Shown here piece after piece: positions 9,091 to 17,967 of a stretch of 64,000 nucleotides of DNA (position 1 is the stretch's first letter; each line of letters starts with the position of its first letter). The position numbers and the translations under genes were made by a program. The stretch comes from Verrucomicrobiia bacterium. Its GTDB lineage: Bacteria > Verrucomicrobiota > Verrucomicrobiia > Limisphaerales > UBA11358. The notes beneath the pieces were generated by a model that saw only the letters and a list, made by a program, of their open reading frames with translations, was not told the origin of the DNA and searched no databases. The stretch lies in contig JBAPQW010000041.1 of NCBI GenBank assembly GCA_049280815.1, positions 29,031-93,030 of the forward strand, given 5' to 3'.

Positions 9091-9633
9091 TCAGCCCCTT
9101 TGCGATGCCATCTGGATGAGCAAATCATTCAGTTCCTGCATGCGCGGCGGCTTGCCAACCACGGCGTCCACGGCCGAAACCGTTTCCCTGTCTTCTTTGA
9201 TCATCGAACCCGAGCCGGTCATCAGGATCACCGGCGTGCCCGGCGACTCCGCTTTGATGGCCCGGGCCACCTGATGGCCATCGATATCCGGCATGCCCAA
9301 ATCGGTGACGACGATTTCGTATGGCTGGTTATTCAGCCGGGCGGCGCGGAACAATTCCAGCCCCTGTTTTCCGCCGGAGGCAACCGTCACCCGATGCTCG
9401 AAATGCGTGAGGCAATCCTTCATAAACTCCCGAACCAGCGGGTCGTCATCAATGCAAAGGATGCACACGGAGCGCCTGGATCCGGCCTGAGGCGGGTCGC
9501 CCCGGCCGGCTTCCAAATCGATTTCCCGAACAGGAACATTGAATTGAACGCTGGTGTCGCTGCCAGGAGCACTTTCAATCTCGATCGAGCCGTCGTGGCG
9601 CTGGGCCGTGCCAAAGAGGGAAGATCCATTCAT
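9091..9633 (-). CDS. single-domain response-regulator receiver with a vestigial histidine-kinase ATPase C-terminus at its N-terminus
   Basis: The REC residues are intact (CIDDD, VVTDLGMPDIDG, ILMTGSG, VVGKPP). N-terminal residues GSIEIESAPGSDTSVQFNVPV match the end of HATPase_c (G-x-I-x-v-x-S-x-x-G-x-G-T-x-F-x-x-x-lP). Confidence 0.8.
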   Translation of the reverse strand: MNGSSLFGTAQRHDGSIEIESAPGSDTSVQFNVPVREIDLEAGRGDPPQAGSRRSVCILCIDDDPLVREFMKDCLTHFEHRVTVASGGKQGLELFRAARLNNQPYEIVVTDLGMPDIDGHQVARAIKAESPGTPVILMTGSGSMIKEDRETVSAVDAVVGKPPRMQELNDLLIQMASQRG

Positions 9634-9680
9634 AGTATTGTTAAAGAATAGGGTTTGGTTGGTTCAATCTGACGGTTGTT

Positions 9681-12266
9681 TTAGGGGAGAGTGGCGCCGC
9701 GATAAAAACGGCTGGAATATTTTCCGGCGTTCGTATCGAGCAACGATAACAAGCCATTCACGTCGGCGACATTCGTGCTGATGGCCGTCCAGTGGATCAT
9801 GTCCGTTGAGGCCTGGAGCACGTAAGTCTGGCCGGGCGTCCCCGTCAGGCTGGCCGTCACGCACCCGGCTTGCGGCGGGGTGATGCAAATTTTGCAGGCC
9901 ACCGCGGCGGGGGCTGGATGGTTGACGACTTCAGTCAAACCATTGGTGCTGTTGTTAAAATTGCCGGCCGCATCCGCGTATTCCGCCGTGATGGTGAAAC
10001 TGCCGGCGCCGAGGGCCGAGCCGGACACGGTGGCACTCGCTTGACCGCCGGCGAGGGAAACCGGGCTGCCCAGATTCGTGCCGTTGTTCTTGAATTGCAC
10101 CGTGCCGGTCGGGGCGGCAGTGCTGGGAGACACCGGGTTCACCGTGGCCGTTAAGGTGATGTTCTGGTTGGTGAGCGCCGGGTTAAGCCCGGAAACCACG
10201 CCAACCGCGGTTCCCGCTTTCGTCACGGTGAGGGTGCCGTTCACGAAAACAAAACTGTAATTCACCGCACTCAGCGAGCCGAGGGCGGTCGTAATCGGAT
10301 AAGGACCACCCGCTACCGGGCTGCCGGCGATCGCCGTGGTGGTCAGGCCGGGATTGCCGGTGACGCCGCTGGTCGCGAGGGTCTCGCCACCGACCAAGCC
10401 GGAGTAACTGGCCGTCAAGGCCGGATTGGCCGCGCCAAAGGGACGAGACAAGCTGTCCGCCGTCACCGTCAGTGTGGCTTTGGCGATATTAGCGGTGGCG
10501 GTGGCAGTCGTGGAGGCCGGCGCGTAGTTGCCTGCATCGGTACCGGAGAGGGTGATGCCGCTCACGCTCACCGTCTTGCCGTTGGCCGCGATTTTATCCG
10601 CAAACGACGCGGCCGCATAGCTTTCACTGAGAACATCACCCGCCAGCCGGTTGTCCGAAAGCGTCACGGTGGCAGCGGTCGTACCATCATAAATCTTGTT
10701 CACGCCCACGGCGGTCACGGTCAGGCTGCGGGCAGTAATGCTGGCCGTGGCGATGGGCTGGGTCAGCTTGTAATTGGCGGCACTCGCGCCGGCGATCGTC
10801 AATCCGGAAACCGTCACGGTCTTGCCCGGGCCGACATTCTTGTTTGCGAATACGCCCTTGGCGCCGCTGGGGCTCAAAGTCATCGTGTCCCCGGCGATGA
10901 CCCCGACCAGCGTCGCGCCGCTGACGTTGAGGGTTGCGGTCGTCTTGGCGTCATAAACCTTGTTGCCGGCCGTGAGGCCCGAAACCGTCAGCGTAGCCGC
11001 CGTGATGTTGGCCGTGGTTGAAGCCGTGGTGGCCGCGAGCAGGTAGTTGCCGGAATCGATGCCCGAAATGGTGAGGCCCTTCACGTTCACTAGCTTGCCA
11101 TTGCCCACAGTCTTGTTGGTAAAAGACGCGGTCGCATAGCTCACGGTGAGGACATCGCCCGACACCCGATTGTCCGTGAACGTTACGGTCGCGTTGGTCG
11201 TTCCGTCGTAAGCCTTGTTCACGCCCTTGGCCGTCACGGTCAGGCTGCGCCTGGTGATGCTGGCCGTGGACGCGGGCTGAGTCAGGTTGTAATTGCCGGC
11301 GCTGGTGCCGGTGATCGTCAACCCGGAAACCGTCACGGTCTTGCCCGTGCCGATGTTCTTGTCGGCGAAGGTGCCTTTGGCACCGCTGACGCCCAAGGCC
11401 ACCGTGTCCCCGGCGAGAACCCCAACCAGAGCCGCGCCGTTGGTCTTGAGGGTCGCGGTGGTCTTGGCGTCGTAAACCTTGTTGCTGGCCGTAATGCCCC
11501 AAACCGTCAGCGTGGCCTTGTTGATCGTCTGTGACAGGGCGCCGGAAGTGCTGCCGGTGAAATTGGTGTTGCCGCCGTAAACCGCGGCGATGGAATGGAC
11601 CGTGGTCGCGGCGGAAATCTTGTTGGTGCTGAAGGAGGCCTGTCCCGATCCATTCAATGTTCCTGAACCCAGGATGGTGCTTCCATCCTTGAAGGTCACC
11701 GTCCCGGAAGGCATCCCGGTGGCGGGAGCGACGGGACTGACCTTTGCGGTGAAGGTCACGGATTGGCCGTACACCAGCGGGTTGATTGACGAGGTGAGGG
11801 TGACGGTGGTCTTGCCCTGGCTGACGGTGAAAACGCTGCTCGTGGCACCCTTCAGGCCGCTGGCGCTGGCCAACAACGCATTCCCGACACCGGCCTGGAT
11901 GATGTCCAGATTGGTGAACGTGGCCTTGCCGCTGACGTCGGTGTTCATGCTGGTGGTTCCCATCAGTCCGGCACCCTTGTTCAATGCCAGTAAAATCGTC
12001 GCACCGCTTTGCGGCACATTGGTTCCGTTTTGGGCCTTGAGCTGCACCACGACGCCGGTCATCTTTGCTCCAACTGTCGTCGTCACCGGTTGCGCCGCGA
12101 ATGCCAGTTTGTAGGCTGCCGATGGGGCGCCGGAAACCGTCATGGCCGTGCTGACGGTCGCCAGCAAGGCACATTCAAAGAACCGCATCCATGACAGTTT
12201 CATAAGCTGTTTCCGCTCAACCCCAAAAACTTCGCGCTGGGTCATCCGACTGATTGATTGATTCAT
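9681..12266 (-). CDS. secreted surface protein P2: Ig-like (Big) domains, MBG/YDG repeats and a FYR-type C-terminal domain
   Basis: Repeated motifs KVYDAKTTATL, NKAYDGTTNATVT and GNYNLTQP are typical of MBG-domain adhesin-like proteins. The signal peptide starts at the second Met (MKLSWMRFF, ATG 12203), which may be the true start. Confidence 0.85.
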   Translation of the reverse strand: MNQSISRMTQREVFGVERKQLMKLSWMRFFECALLATVSTAMTVSGAPSAAYKLAFAAQPVTTTVGAKMTGVVVQLKAQNGTNVPQSGATILLALNKGAGLMGTTSMNTDVSGKATFTNLDIIQAGVGNALLASASGLKGATSSVFTVSQGKTTVTLTSSINPLVYGQSVTFTAKVSPVAPATGMPSGTVTFKDGSTILGSGTLNGSGQASFSTNKISAATTVHSIAAVYGGNTNFTGSTSGALSQTINKATLTVWGITASNKVYDAKTTATLKTNGAALVGVLAGDTVALGVSGAKGTFADKNIGTGKTVTVSGLTITGTSAGNYNLTQPASTASITRRSLTVTAKGVNKAYDGTTNATVTFTDNRVSGDVLTVSYATASFTNKTVGNGKLVNVKGLTISGIDSGNYLLAATTASTTANITAATLTVSGLTAGNKVYDAKTTATLNVSGATLVGVIAGDTMTLSPSGAKGVFANKNVGPGKTVTVSGLTIAGASAANYKLTQPIATASITARSLTVTAVGVNKIYDGTTAATVTLSDNRLAGDVLSESYAAASFADKIAANGKTVSVSGITLSGTDAGNYAPASTTATATANIAKATLTVTADSLSRPFGAANPALTASYSGLVGGETLATSGVTGNPGLTTTAIAGSPVAGGPYPITTALGSLSAVNYSFVFVNGTLTVTKAGTAVGVVSGLNPALTNQNITLTATVNPVSPSTAAPTGTVQFKNNGTNLGSPVSLAGGQASATVSGSALGAGSFTITAEYADAAGNFNNSTNGLTEVVNHPAPAAVACKICITPPQAGCVTASLTGTPGQTYVLQASTDMIHWTAISTNVADVNGLLSLLDTNAGKYSSRFYRGATLP

Positions 12267-12272
12267 GCAAGC

Positions 12273-12366
12273 TATTTAACAGAAGTGCGCAAAAACGTAA
12301 TGAATTAGGGACATATTGCAGGATTTGAGGGGTGGATTGCGTCGGTTGAGGGACGGAGCGAGGCGG
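12273..12366 (-). promoter_or_regulatory. conserved upstream element E2
   Basis: Same core as E1, with few substitutions by eye. It ends 6 nt before the ATG at 12266. Confidence 0.65.
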
Positions 12367-12448
12367 CATGGATTAAAGGTAAAATTCCAAAGGCTAAAGT
12401 GTTTTCAATGTTCAGCAATTTATTCTTACCTACAGCCTTCACTCTTCT

Positions 12449-12958
12449 TTATGCCGGCTTGGCCATCCGCAGGAGCAGGTCGTTCAGTTCCTGGATGCAC
12501 GGCGGTTTGCCGACGACGATGTCCACCGCCGACGCCATGTTTCCGCCTTCCTTCATCATGGTGCCCCCTCCCGTCATCATGATGATGGGTGTGTTGGGGG
12601 ATTCGGTCTTGATCGTCCGGGCCACCTGGTAACCATCCATATCCGGCATGCCCAAATCGGTTATGACCGCATCGTAAGGCTCGCTTTTCAGCATGGCGGT
12701 GATGAACAATTCCACCCCGCGCCTTCCGCCGGAGGCAACCTTTACCCGATGCTCATAGTGCGCGAGACAATCTTTCATGATTTCCAGGATCTGCTCGTCG
12801 TCATCGATGCACAGGATGTGCAGGGACCGCTTCGGTGTGGCGGGAACCTGGGTTCCGCCTGCCGGGATGGTTTGCGGCCCAAGCCGGGAAAGCTCCCGCG
12901 GATCCGGCAGAGTATCCCGCAGCAGCTCCGAATAGACGAATACATGAGAATTGTTCAT
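12449..12958 (-). CDS. single-domain response-regulator receiver, paralog of 9091-9633
   Basis: CIDDDEQILEIMKDCLAHYEHRVKVASGG and VITDLGMPDMDGYQVARTIK align along the whole REC domain with 9091-9633. Both proteins start MN-x-S. Confidence 0.8.
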   Translation of the reverse strand: MNNSHVFVYSELLRDTLPDPRELSRLGPQTIPAGGTQVPATPKRSLHILCIDDDEQILEIMKDCLAHYEHRVKVASGGRRGVELFITAMLKSEPYDAVITDLGMPDMDGYQVARTIKTESPNTPIIMMTGGGTMMKEGGNMASAVDIVVGKPPCIQELNDLLLRMAKPA

Positions 12959-12994
12959 ACAATCAGAGGTTTTGTTGATTTGATACCAGAGTGG

Positions 12995-13201
12995 TCAGGG
13001 GGTAATACCCCGATGGAAATGATTGGAATGGTTCTTCGCGACCGGTTCACCAAACGGGAACCGCCCTTTGGCGTCGGTCAGCCGGTTGTTGGTTTTGAAT
13101 GCCACCGCGAAAACGACGTTGCTTTGCGCCCGCGCGGACCGGGCTGGACGGCCAGCCGTCAACGGGCCATCGACAAAAAACCACATCCTCGACTTTTTCA
13201 T
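12995..13201 (-). pseudogene. collapsed surface-protein cassette (N-terminus P3-like, last codons P2-like)
   Basis: MKKSRMWFF...AQSNVVFAVAFKTNNR parallels the P3 N-terminus MKKSWMWLV...AQNNVVVYAAEYNQSTNR. The C-terminal FHRGITP* parallels P2 FYRGATLP*. The signal-peptide-like region contains D and R residues. A good SD (AAAGGAG) precedes the ATG. Confidence 0.5.
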
Positions 13202-13273
13202 CGCTTGCTCCTTTAAATCCCCCGACAGTTCTCAACAGGTTGTCCATCCAACTGACTTGCTCAACTGTAAGTT

Positions 13274-13349
13274 TGTTTAACACAAACTGACAAAAAACTA
13301 ATAAATAAGGGACAAGTTGGGGGATTAGCGGGGTGAATTGCGCCCGGGG
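13274..13349 (-). promoter_or_regulatory. conserved upstream element E4 (most diverged copy)
   Basis: TGTTTAACACAAACTGACAAAAAACTAATAAATAAGGGACAAGTTGGGGGATTAGCGGGGTGAATTGCGCC aligns with E1-E3. Confidence 0.5.
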
Positions 13350-13567
13350 AGGGATGGAATTACATCGTGCGAGACGAATTCTTTCCGCCGCCCGCCGCGA
13401 GAATCTGAACGCCCTGGACGCGTCCCATTCGACGTCAGCCTTCAGGCGGTTTGGCGCCTCTGGGGCAACAAAAGGGGCGCCCTCAATCACAGTAACACGA
13501 ATGCCACGAGCAGCTATCAGTAACTGGAATTCACTCCAGCCTTGTATTTCAGGCGGCTTGCGGGATA

Positions 13568-14611
13568 ATGACTGGCGAACACCTTTCACCTTCACCTGCC
13601 ATGAGCGCCAAATCCGCCAAACCCAAGGAAACGCCCGAGGGCCGCTGGCTCTCCTACCGGCCCGAAATCAAGGTTCTCGATTGCACCATCCGCGACGGCG
13701 GCCTCATGAACAACCACCATTTCGACGACCAGATCGTCAAGGTGGTCTATGACACCTGCGTCGCCGCCGGCGTGGATTACATGGAGCTGGGTTACAAGTC
13801 GTCGCGCAAGGGCATCAAACTGGGCGAACATGGCTGCTGGAAATATTGCGTCGAAGACGACCTCCGCCGCGTCGTCGGCGAAAACAAAACAGATTTGAAG
13901 CTGTGCGTGATGGCCGACGCCGAACGCTGCGATTATCGCGAGGATATCCTGCCGAAAAAAGATTCGATCATCGACATGATCCGCGTGGCGACCTACATCA
14001 CCCAGATTCCTACCGCCCTGGACATGGTCAAGGACGCCCACGACAAGGGCTACGAAACAACAGTCAATTTGATGGCCGCCTCCGTCATCCCCGACCGCGA
14101 GCTGGACGAGGGGCTGGAAATGCTCGTCAAATCCGAGGCCAAGGCGATTTACCTGGTGGACAGTTTCGGGGCGTTTTACAGCGAGCAGATCCATGTGTTG
14201 GTGAAGAAATATCTTTCACATTGCAAACCCGCGGGCAAGGAGGTGGGCGTGCATATGCACAACAATCTGCAACTGGCCTACGCCAACACCATCGAAGGCA
14301 TCATCGAAGGCGCCAATTATCTCGACGCCACGATGGCCGGCCTGGGCCGGGGCGCAGGTAACTGCCCGATGGAACTGCTCATCGGTTTTCTGCGCAACCC
14401 AAAGTACGAACTCCGGCCCATCCTCGACTGCGTGCAGAACCACATCGAGCCGATGCGCGCGAAGTTGTTGTGGGGATACGACCTGCCCTACCTGTTGACG
14501 GGCCTGCGCAACCTGCATCCGCGCGCCGCCATCAAGTTCAAGGAAGCCGAACTGAAGGGCGAGAAGGGCGACATCCTGAAGTTCCACGACACCGTCACGG
14601 ACCAGGCTTGA
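13568..14611 (+). CDS. HMGL-like (DRE-TIM metallolyase / pyruvate carboxyltransferase-type) aldolase-domain protein
   Basis: LDCTIRDGG near the N-terminus and HMHNNLQLAYANT are metal-binding signatures of the HMGL-like family. An alternative start is ATG 13601 (MSAKSAK). Confidence 0.7.
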   Translation: MTGEHLSPSPAMSAKSAKPKETPEGRWLSYRPEIKVLDCTIRDGGLMNNHHFDDQIVKVVYDTCVAAGVDYMELGYKSSRKGIKLGEHGCWKYCVEDDLRRVVGENKTDLKLCVMADAERCDYREDILPKKDSIIDMIRVATYITQIPTALDMVKDAHDKGYETTVNLMAASVIPDRELDEGLEMLVKSEAKAIYLVDSFGAFYSEQIHVLVKKYLSHCKPAGKEVGVHMHNNLQLAYANTIEGIIEGANYLDATMAGLGRGAGNCPMELLIGFLRNPKYELRPILDCVQNHIEPMRAKLLWGYDLPYLLTGLRNLHPRAAIKFKEAELKGEKGDILKFHDTVTDQA

Positions 14612-14636
14612 GGCGCTTGCCGCAAGGAGGCGCAAC

Positions 14637-14687
14637 CATTTTTGGACTGCGGCGTGGCGCTCCGCTTCCCGCCGCAGTCCAAAAATA
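14637..14687. repeat. perfect long palindrome (REP-like), likely bidirectional terminator
   Basis: atttttggactgcggcg ... cgccgcagtccaaaaat lies between the convergent aldolase and Pat-like genes. Confidence 0.6.
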
Positions 14688-14774
14688 GATAGCGTCTTTG
14701 CGCTTTCGCGTCCTTGCGTTGAAAAGTTTTCGCATGTTTCGTGTATTTCGCGGTTGATGAGATTCAAACATAAC

Positions 14775-14801
14775 GCCCCCGGACGGATGTTCCGACCGGG
14801 G
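14775..14801 (-). terminator. stem-loop downstream of the Pat-like gene
   Basis: cccccgg-N13-ccggggg lies 29 nt after the stop at 14830. On the minus strand only a weak T-rich run follows. Confidence 0.4.
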
Positions 14802-14829
14802 GCTGGAATTTAAGTCAAAATGCCGGTAA

Positions 14830-17604
14830 TCAATATACGTATTCGGCGGTGTAGTCGCGGCCGTCAGCCCCGGCGGTCAGCTTGAACCCGACCTGCTTGC
14901 TGATGTGGTGCATGGCGTGGTTGTCGGCCATGATTTCCGCGGAGAGACGCGTGAGTTTCTCGTCCCGCCCGATCGCCACCAGGCGTTTGAGCAGCTCGGC
15001 GCCCAGTCCCTTTTTCTGCCAGTGATCGTTCACGAGTAACGCAAACTCGCCTTCGTTCAGGCCGTGTTCCTTACTTAACCGGCCCACACCCAGGATTTCC
15101 CGCTGCTTGTTCTTGGGATCCTTGCGTTCGGCCACCAGTGCAATCTCGCGGTCATAATCGTTGAAACAGATGCGCGTCAGCCGTTCGTGCGCGATGCGCT
15201 GGTCGAGTTTCAACTGGGTGAAATAACGGTGATACACGCTTTCCTCGGAGAGGGTCTCGTGAAACTTCACCAGCAACGGCTCGTCCTCGGGCTGGATGGG
15301 CCGGATGGTCACCGACGTGCCGTCCTTCATTTTCCATGGCGATGAGTATTGGGTCGGGCAGGGACGGATGGCGAGCCGGGGCAGTTGGTCTTCGGTCGTC
15401 TTCGGGTCGTGCAGGATGACCCGGGCATCGAGCGCGACGAGATCATCGGCGGAGGCGAACATCGGGTTGATGTCGATTTCCTTGATCCAGCGTTGCTCGG
15501 CGACGAGCTGGCTGAAGCCGACCATCAATTTCTCGAGCGCGGCGAGGTCCACCGACTTGCGGCCGCGGACGCCCTTGAGCGCGTGATAAATCTTGGTCGT
15601 CTCCATCATGCGCCGGGCGAGCGTGGTGTTCAACGGCGGCAGCGCCAGCGCCTTGTCCTTGAACACTTCCACCAACTGGCCGCCCATGCCGAACAGGAGC
15701 ACCGGCCCGAATTGCGGGTCAATGCTGCTGCCCAGGATGATTTCGTACCCTTCGCTCAGCTTGATCATTTTCTGGACGGTGACGCCCTGGAAATGCTCGG
15801 CGCCGGCCTTTTCGGTGCAGGCGGTCTTGATGGCCTTGAACGCGCGCTTCACATCGGCCTCGTCCTTGAGATTTAATTGCACACCGCCCACGTCGGTCTT
15901 GTGGGTGATGGTTTCGGAGTAAAGTTTGAGCACGATCGGATAACCAATTTCCTTGGCGTGTTTGACCGCTTCGGCCTCGCTCTTCGCCACCTTGGTGATG
16001 ACAGTCGGGATGTTGTAACAGGCGAGCAGTTCCTTGGATTCGGATTCGGTGAAGATGGTGCGACCGGTTTTCCGAACCGATTCAATCAAGGTTGCGGCCT
16101 TGGCCCGGCCGGATTTGAGATCGTCGGCATCGGCGGAAGGCACGGGGGTTTCGTACAGGGCGCGGAGATTGTCGGCGTAACGCCACATGGACGTGAACAC
16201 GCGCGCGGCCGTGTCGGGATAGGGAAAGGTCGGGATGCCGGCGCGATTCAGGATGGCCTCGCCTTCGGCCACGTCCCGGCCGCCCATCCAGCTGGCGAGC
16301 ACCGGCTTGCCTTCGATGTGGCCGAACGCCTTCAATTTTTCCGCGGTGTCGGTGCATTCGGTCATGGATTGCGGCGTCAAAATGACGAGCAAGCCGTCGC
16401 TGTTCGGATCGCGGCCTGCGATTTCCAGCGTCTTGGCGTAGGCTTCCGCACTGGCGTCGCCCAGCACGTCGATGGGGTTGTTGCGTGACCAGGAGGGCGG
16501 CAGAAACTTGTCCAGTTCCGCAATGGTGCCCTTGGAAACCTCCGCCAGCGCGCCGCCGGTGGTGAGCAGCGCGTCGGTGGCCAGCACGCCGGGCCCGCCG
16601 GCGTTGGAGATCATGGTCAGGCGGTTGCCCTTGGGACGCGGCTGCCGGCCCAGCACTTCGGACATGTAAAACAAATCGGAGATGTTGTTCACGCGCAACA
16701 CGCCGCAGCGCTTGAACGCGGCTTCCAGCACGTCGTCGCTGCCGGTCAGCGAACCGGTGTGCGACGCGGCGGCCTTGGCGGCGCCCTCGGTGCGGCCGGG
16801 TTTGATGACGATGATCGGCTTGGTCAACGCCACTTCACGGGCGGCGGACAGAAACGAGCGCGCGTCGCCGATGGTTTCCATGTAAATGACGATGCTCTTG
16901 GTCTTCGGATCGTCGCCGAGGTAGTAAATCAAGTCGCCCCAGCCGACATCGAGCATGGAGCCGAGCGAGGCGAAACAGCTGAAGCCTACATTTTCCTTGA
17001 GGCTCCAGTCGAGCACGGCACAGCAGAGCGCGCCGCTCTGGCTCAGGAACGCCACGTCGCCGGGCTGGGCGATGGTGGCGGCAAAACTGGCGTTGAACCC
17101 GATGTTCGGCATCTGGACGCCGAGACAGTTGGGACCGACGATGCGCATGCCGGCGGCGCGGGCGTCGGCGAGGATTTGTTGTTCCAGCTTCACGCCTTCG
17201 GGGCCGGTTTCCTTGAAACCCGCGGAAATGATGATGACGCCGCCAACCCCGGCCTTGGCGCAATCCTTGATCAGCCCGGGCACGGTCTTCGCCGGCGTGC
17301 AGATGACCGCCAGGTCCACCTTCTCCGGCACCGCGCCGATGCTGGGATAGGCCTTGACGCACAGCACGGAGGAACGCTTCGGATTGATGGGATAGACCAC
17401 GCCGCTGAAACCGCCGCGGCCGAGGCCTTCAAACAGCATCCGCCCGACGCTGCGGGGCTTGTCCGTGGCGCCGATGACGGCGACGACCTTCGGGGCGCAG
17501 ATGGGATCCAGCGGATGCTTGCGCGTCTGGTGCAGGATGTCGTGGGCGGGCTCGAGGCGTTTGATTTCAGGAGTGGAAGGGGTCATGATTTTGGTGGATT
17601 CCAT
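14830..17604 (-). CDS. bifunctional ADP-forming acetyl-CoA synthetase-like / GNAT N-acetyltransferase (Pat/YfiQ-like protein lysine acetyltransferase)
   Basis: 924 aa. It has an N-terminal CoA-binding domain ([14 protein letters not shown]), succinyl-CoA-synthetase-like and ATP-grasp regions, and a C-terminal GNAT domain ([16 protein letters not shown]). Confidence 0.85.
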   Translation of the reverse strand: MESTKIMTPSTPEIKRLEPAHDILHQTRKHPLDPICAPKVVAVIGATDKPRSVGRMLFEGLGRGGFSGVVYPINPKRSSVLCVKAYPSIGAVPEKVDLAVICTPAKTVPGLIKDCAKAGVGGVIIISAGFKETGPEGVKLEQQILADARAAGMRIVGPNCLGVQMPNIGFNASFAATIAQPGDVAFLSQSGALCCAVLDWSLKENVGFSCFASLGSMLDVGWGDLIYYLGDDPKTKSIVIYMETIGDARSFLSAAREVALTKPIIVIKPGRTEGAAKAAASHTGSLTGSDDVLEAAFKRCGVLRVNNISDLFYMSEVLGRQPRPKGNRLTMISNAGGPGVLATDALLTTGGALAEVSKGTIAELDKFLPPSWSRNNPIDVLGDASAEAYAKTLEIAGRDPNSDGLLVILTPQSMTECTDTAEKLKAFGHIEGKPVLASWMGGRDVAEGEAILNRAGIPTFPYPDTAARVFTSMWRYADNLRALYETPVPSADADDLKSGRAKAATLIESVRKTGRTIFTESESKELLACYNIPTVITKVAKSEAEAVKHAKEIGYPIVLKLYSETITHKTDVGGVQLNLKDEADVKRAFKAIKTACTEKAGAEHFQGVTVQKMIKLSEGYEIILGSSIDPQFGPVLLFGMGGQLVEVFKDKALALPPLNTTLARRMMETTKIYHALKGVRGRKSVDLAALEKLMVGFSQLVAEQRWIKEIDINPMFASADDLVALDARVILHDPKTTEDQLPRLAIRPCPTQYSSPWKMKDGTSVTIRPIQPEDEPLLVKFHETLSEESVYHRYFTQLKLDQRIAHERLTRICFNDYDREIALVAERKDPKNKQREILGVGRLSKEHGLNEGEFALLVNDHWQKKGLGAELLKRLVAIGRDEKLTRLSAEIMADNHAMHHISKQVGFKLTAGADGRDYTAEYVY

Positions 17605-17854
17605 AAAATGTTTTTTGCAGATAGCTGTCGGTTGACCGCCTGCGCGTCACGATGCAAACCGGACAGGGCAACCGTCCGGCACGGGCAGGTTTTGCGGTGT
17701 TTCGAGCATAAATGTTCTACAGCCTCAAACTCCTATTTTTCAAGGTGTTCTACTCACCAAACCTTGTTGAAGACTATACAAATTTTGCGGAGCCAAACCA
17801 ACCTTGAAAAAATGAGTGGGTTGTAACGGCGAGGGCAGGAACGCCGCGCTTCGG

Positions 17855-17947
17855 CCCGCCTGCAGTGGGCGGAACAGAGTCGGAGGAAGCACTTTGCCCC
17901 GCTCAACGCGGCGCGGTCATCGCCGCGCGATGACCCTGCCTCAAATC
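17855..17947. repeat. REP-like triple-hairpin element, copy 2
   Basis: gcggcgcggtcatcgccgcgcgatgaccctgcctcaaatc differs from copy 1 over this stretch by one substitution and one missing A in the terminal A-run. The outer hairpin is kept with changed bases (ccgcc/ggcgg). Confidence 0.7.
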
Positions 17948-17967
17948 ACGTTGAAGTCACCGCCCGT

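Noticed and set aside
10951-12174. 407-aa Arg/His/Gln/Gly-rich ORF in an alternative frame of P2.
   Set aside because: It is a frame-shifted reading of the repetitive MBG-repeat DNA. The P2 frame has a signal peptide, recognisable domains and the shared C-terminal domain.
12267-12300. Sigma-54 (-24/-12) promoter in the conserved element, suggested by TTGCA next to the start codon.
   Set aside because: The required GG dinucleotide 10 nt upstream of the GC is GT in all copies, and there is no TGGCAC.
13047-13595. 182-aa minus-strand ORF spanning the E4 element and the aldolase promoter region.
   Set aside because: It runs across the conserved non-coding element, overlaps the better-supported short ORF 12995-13201 in another frame, and has no motifs.
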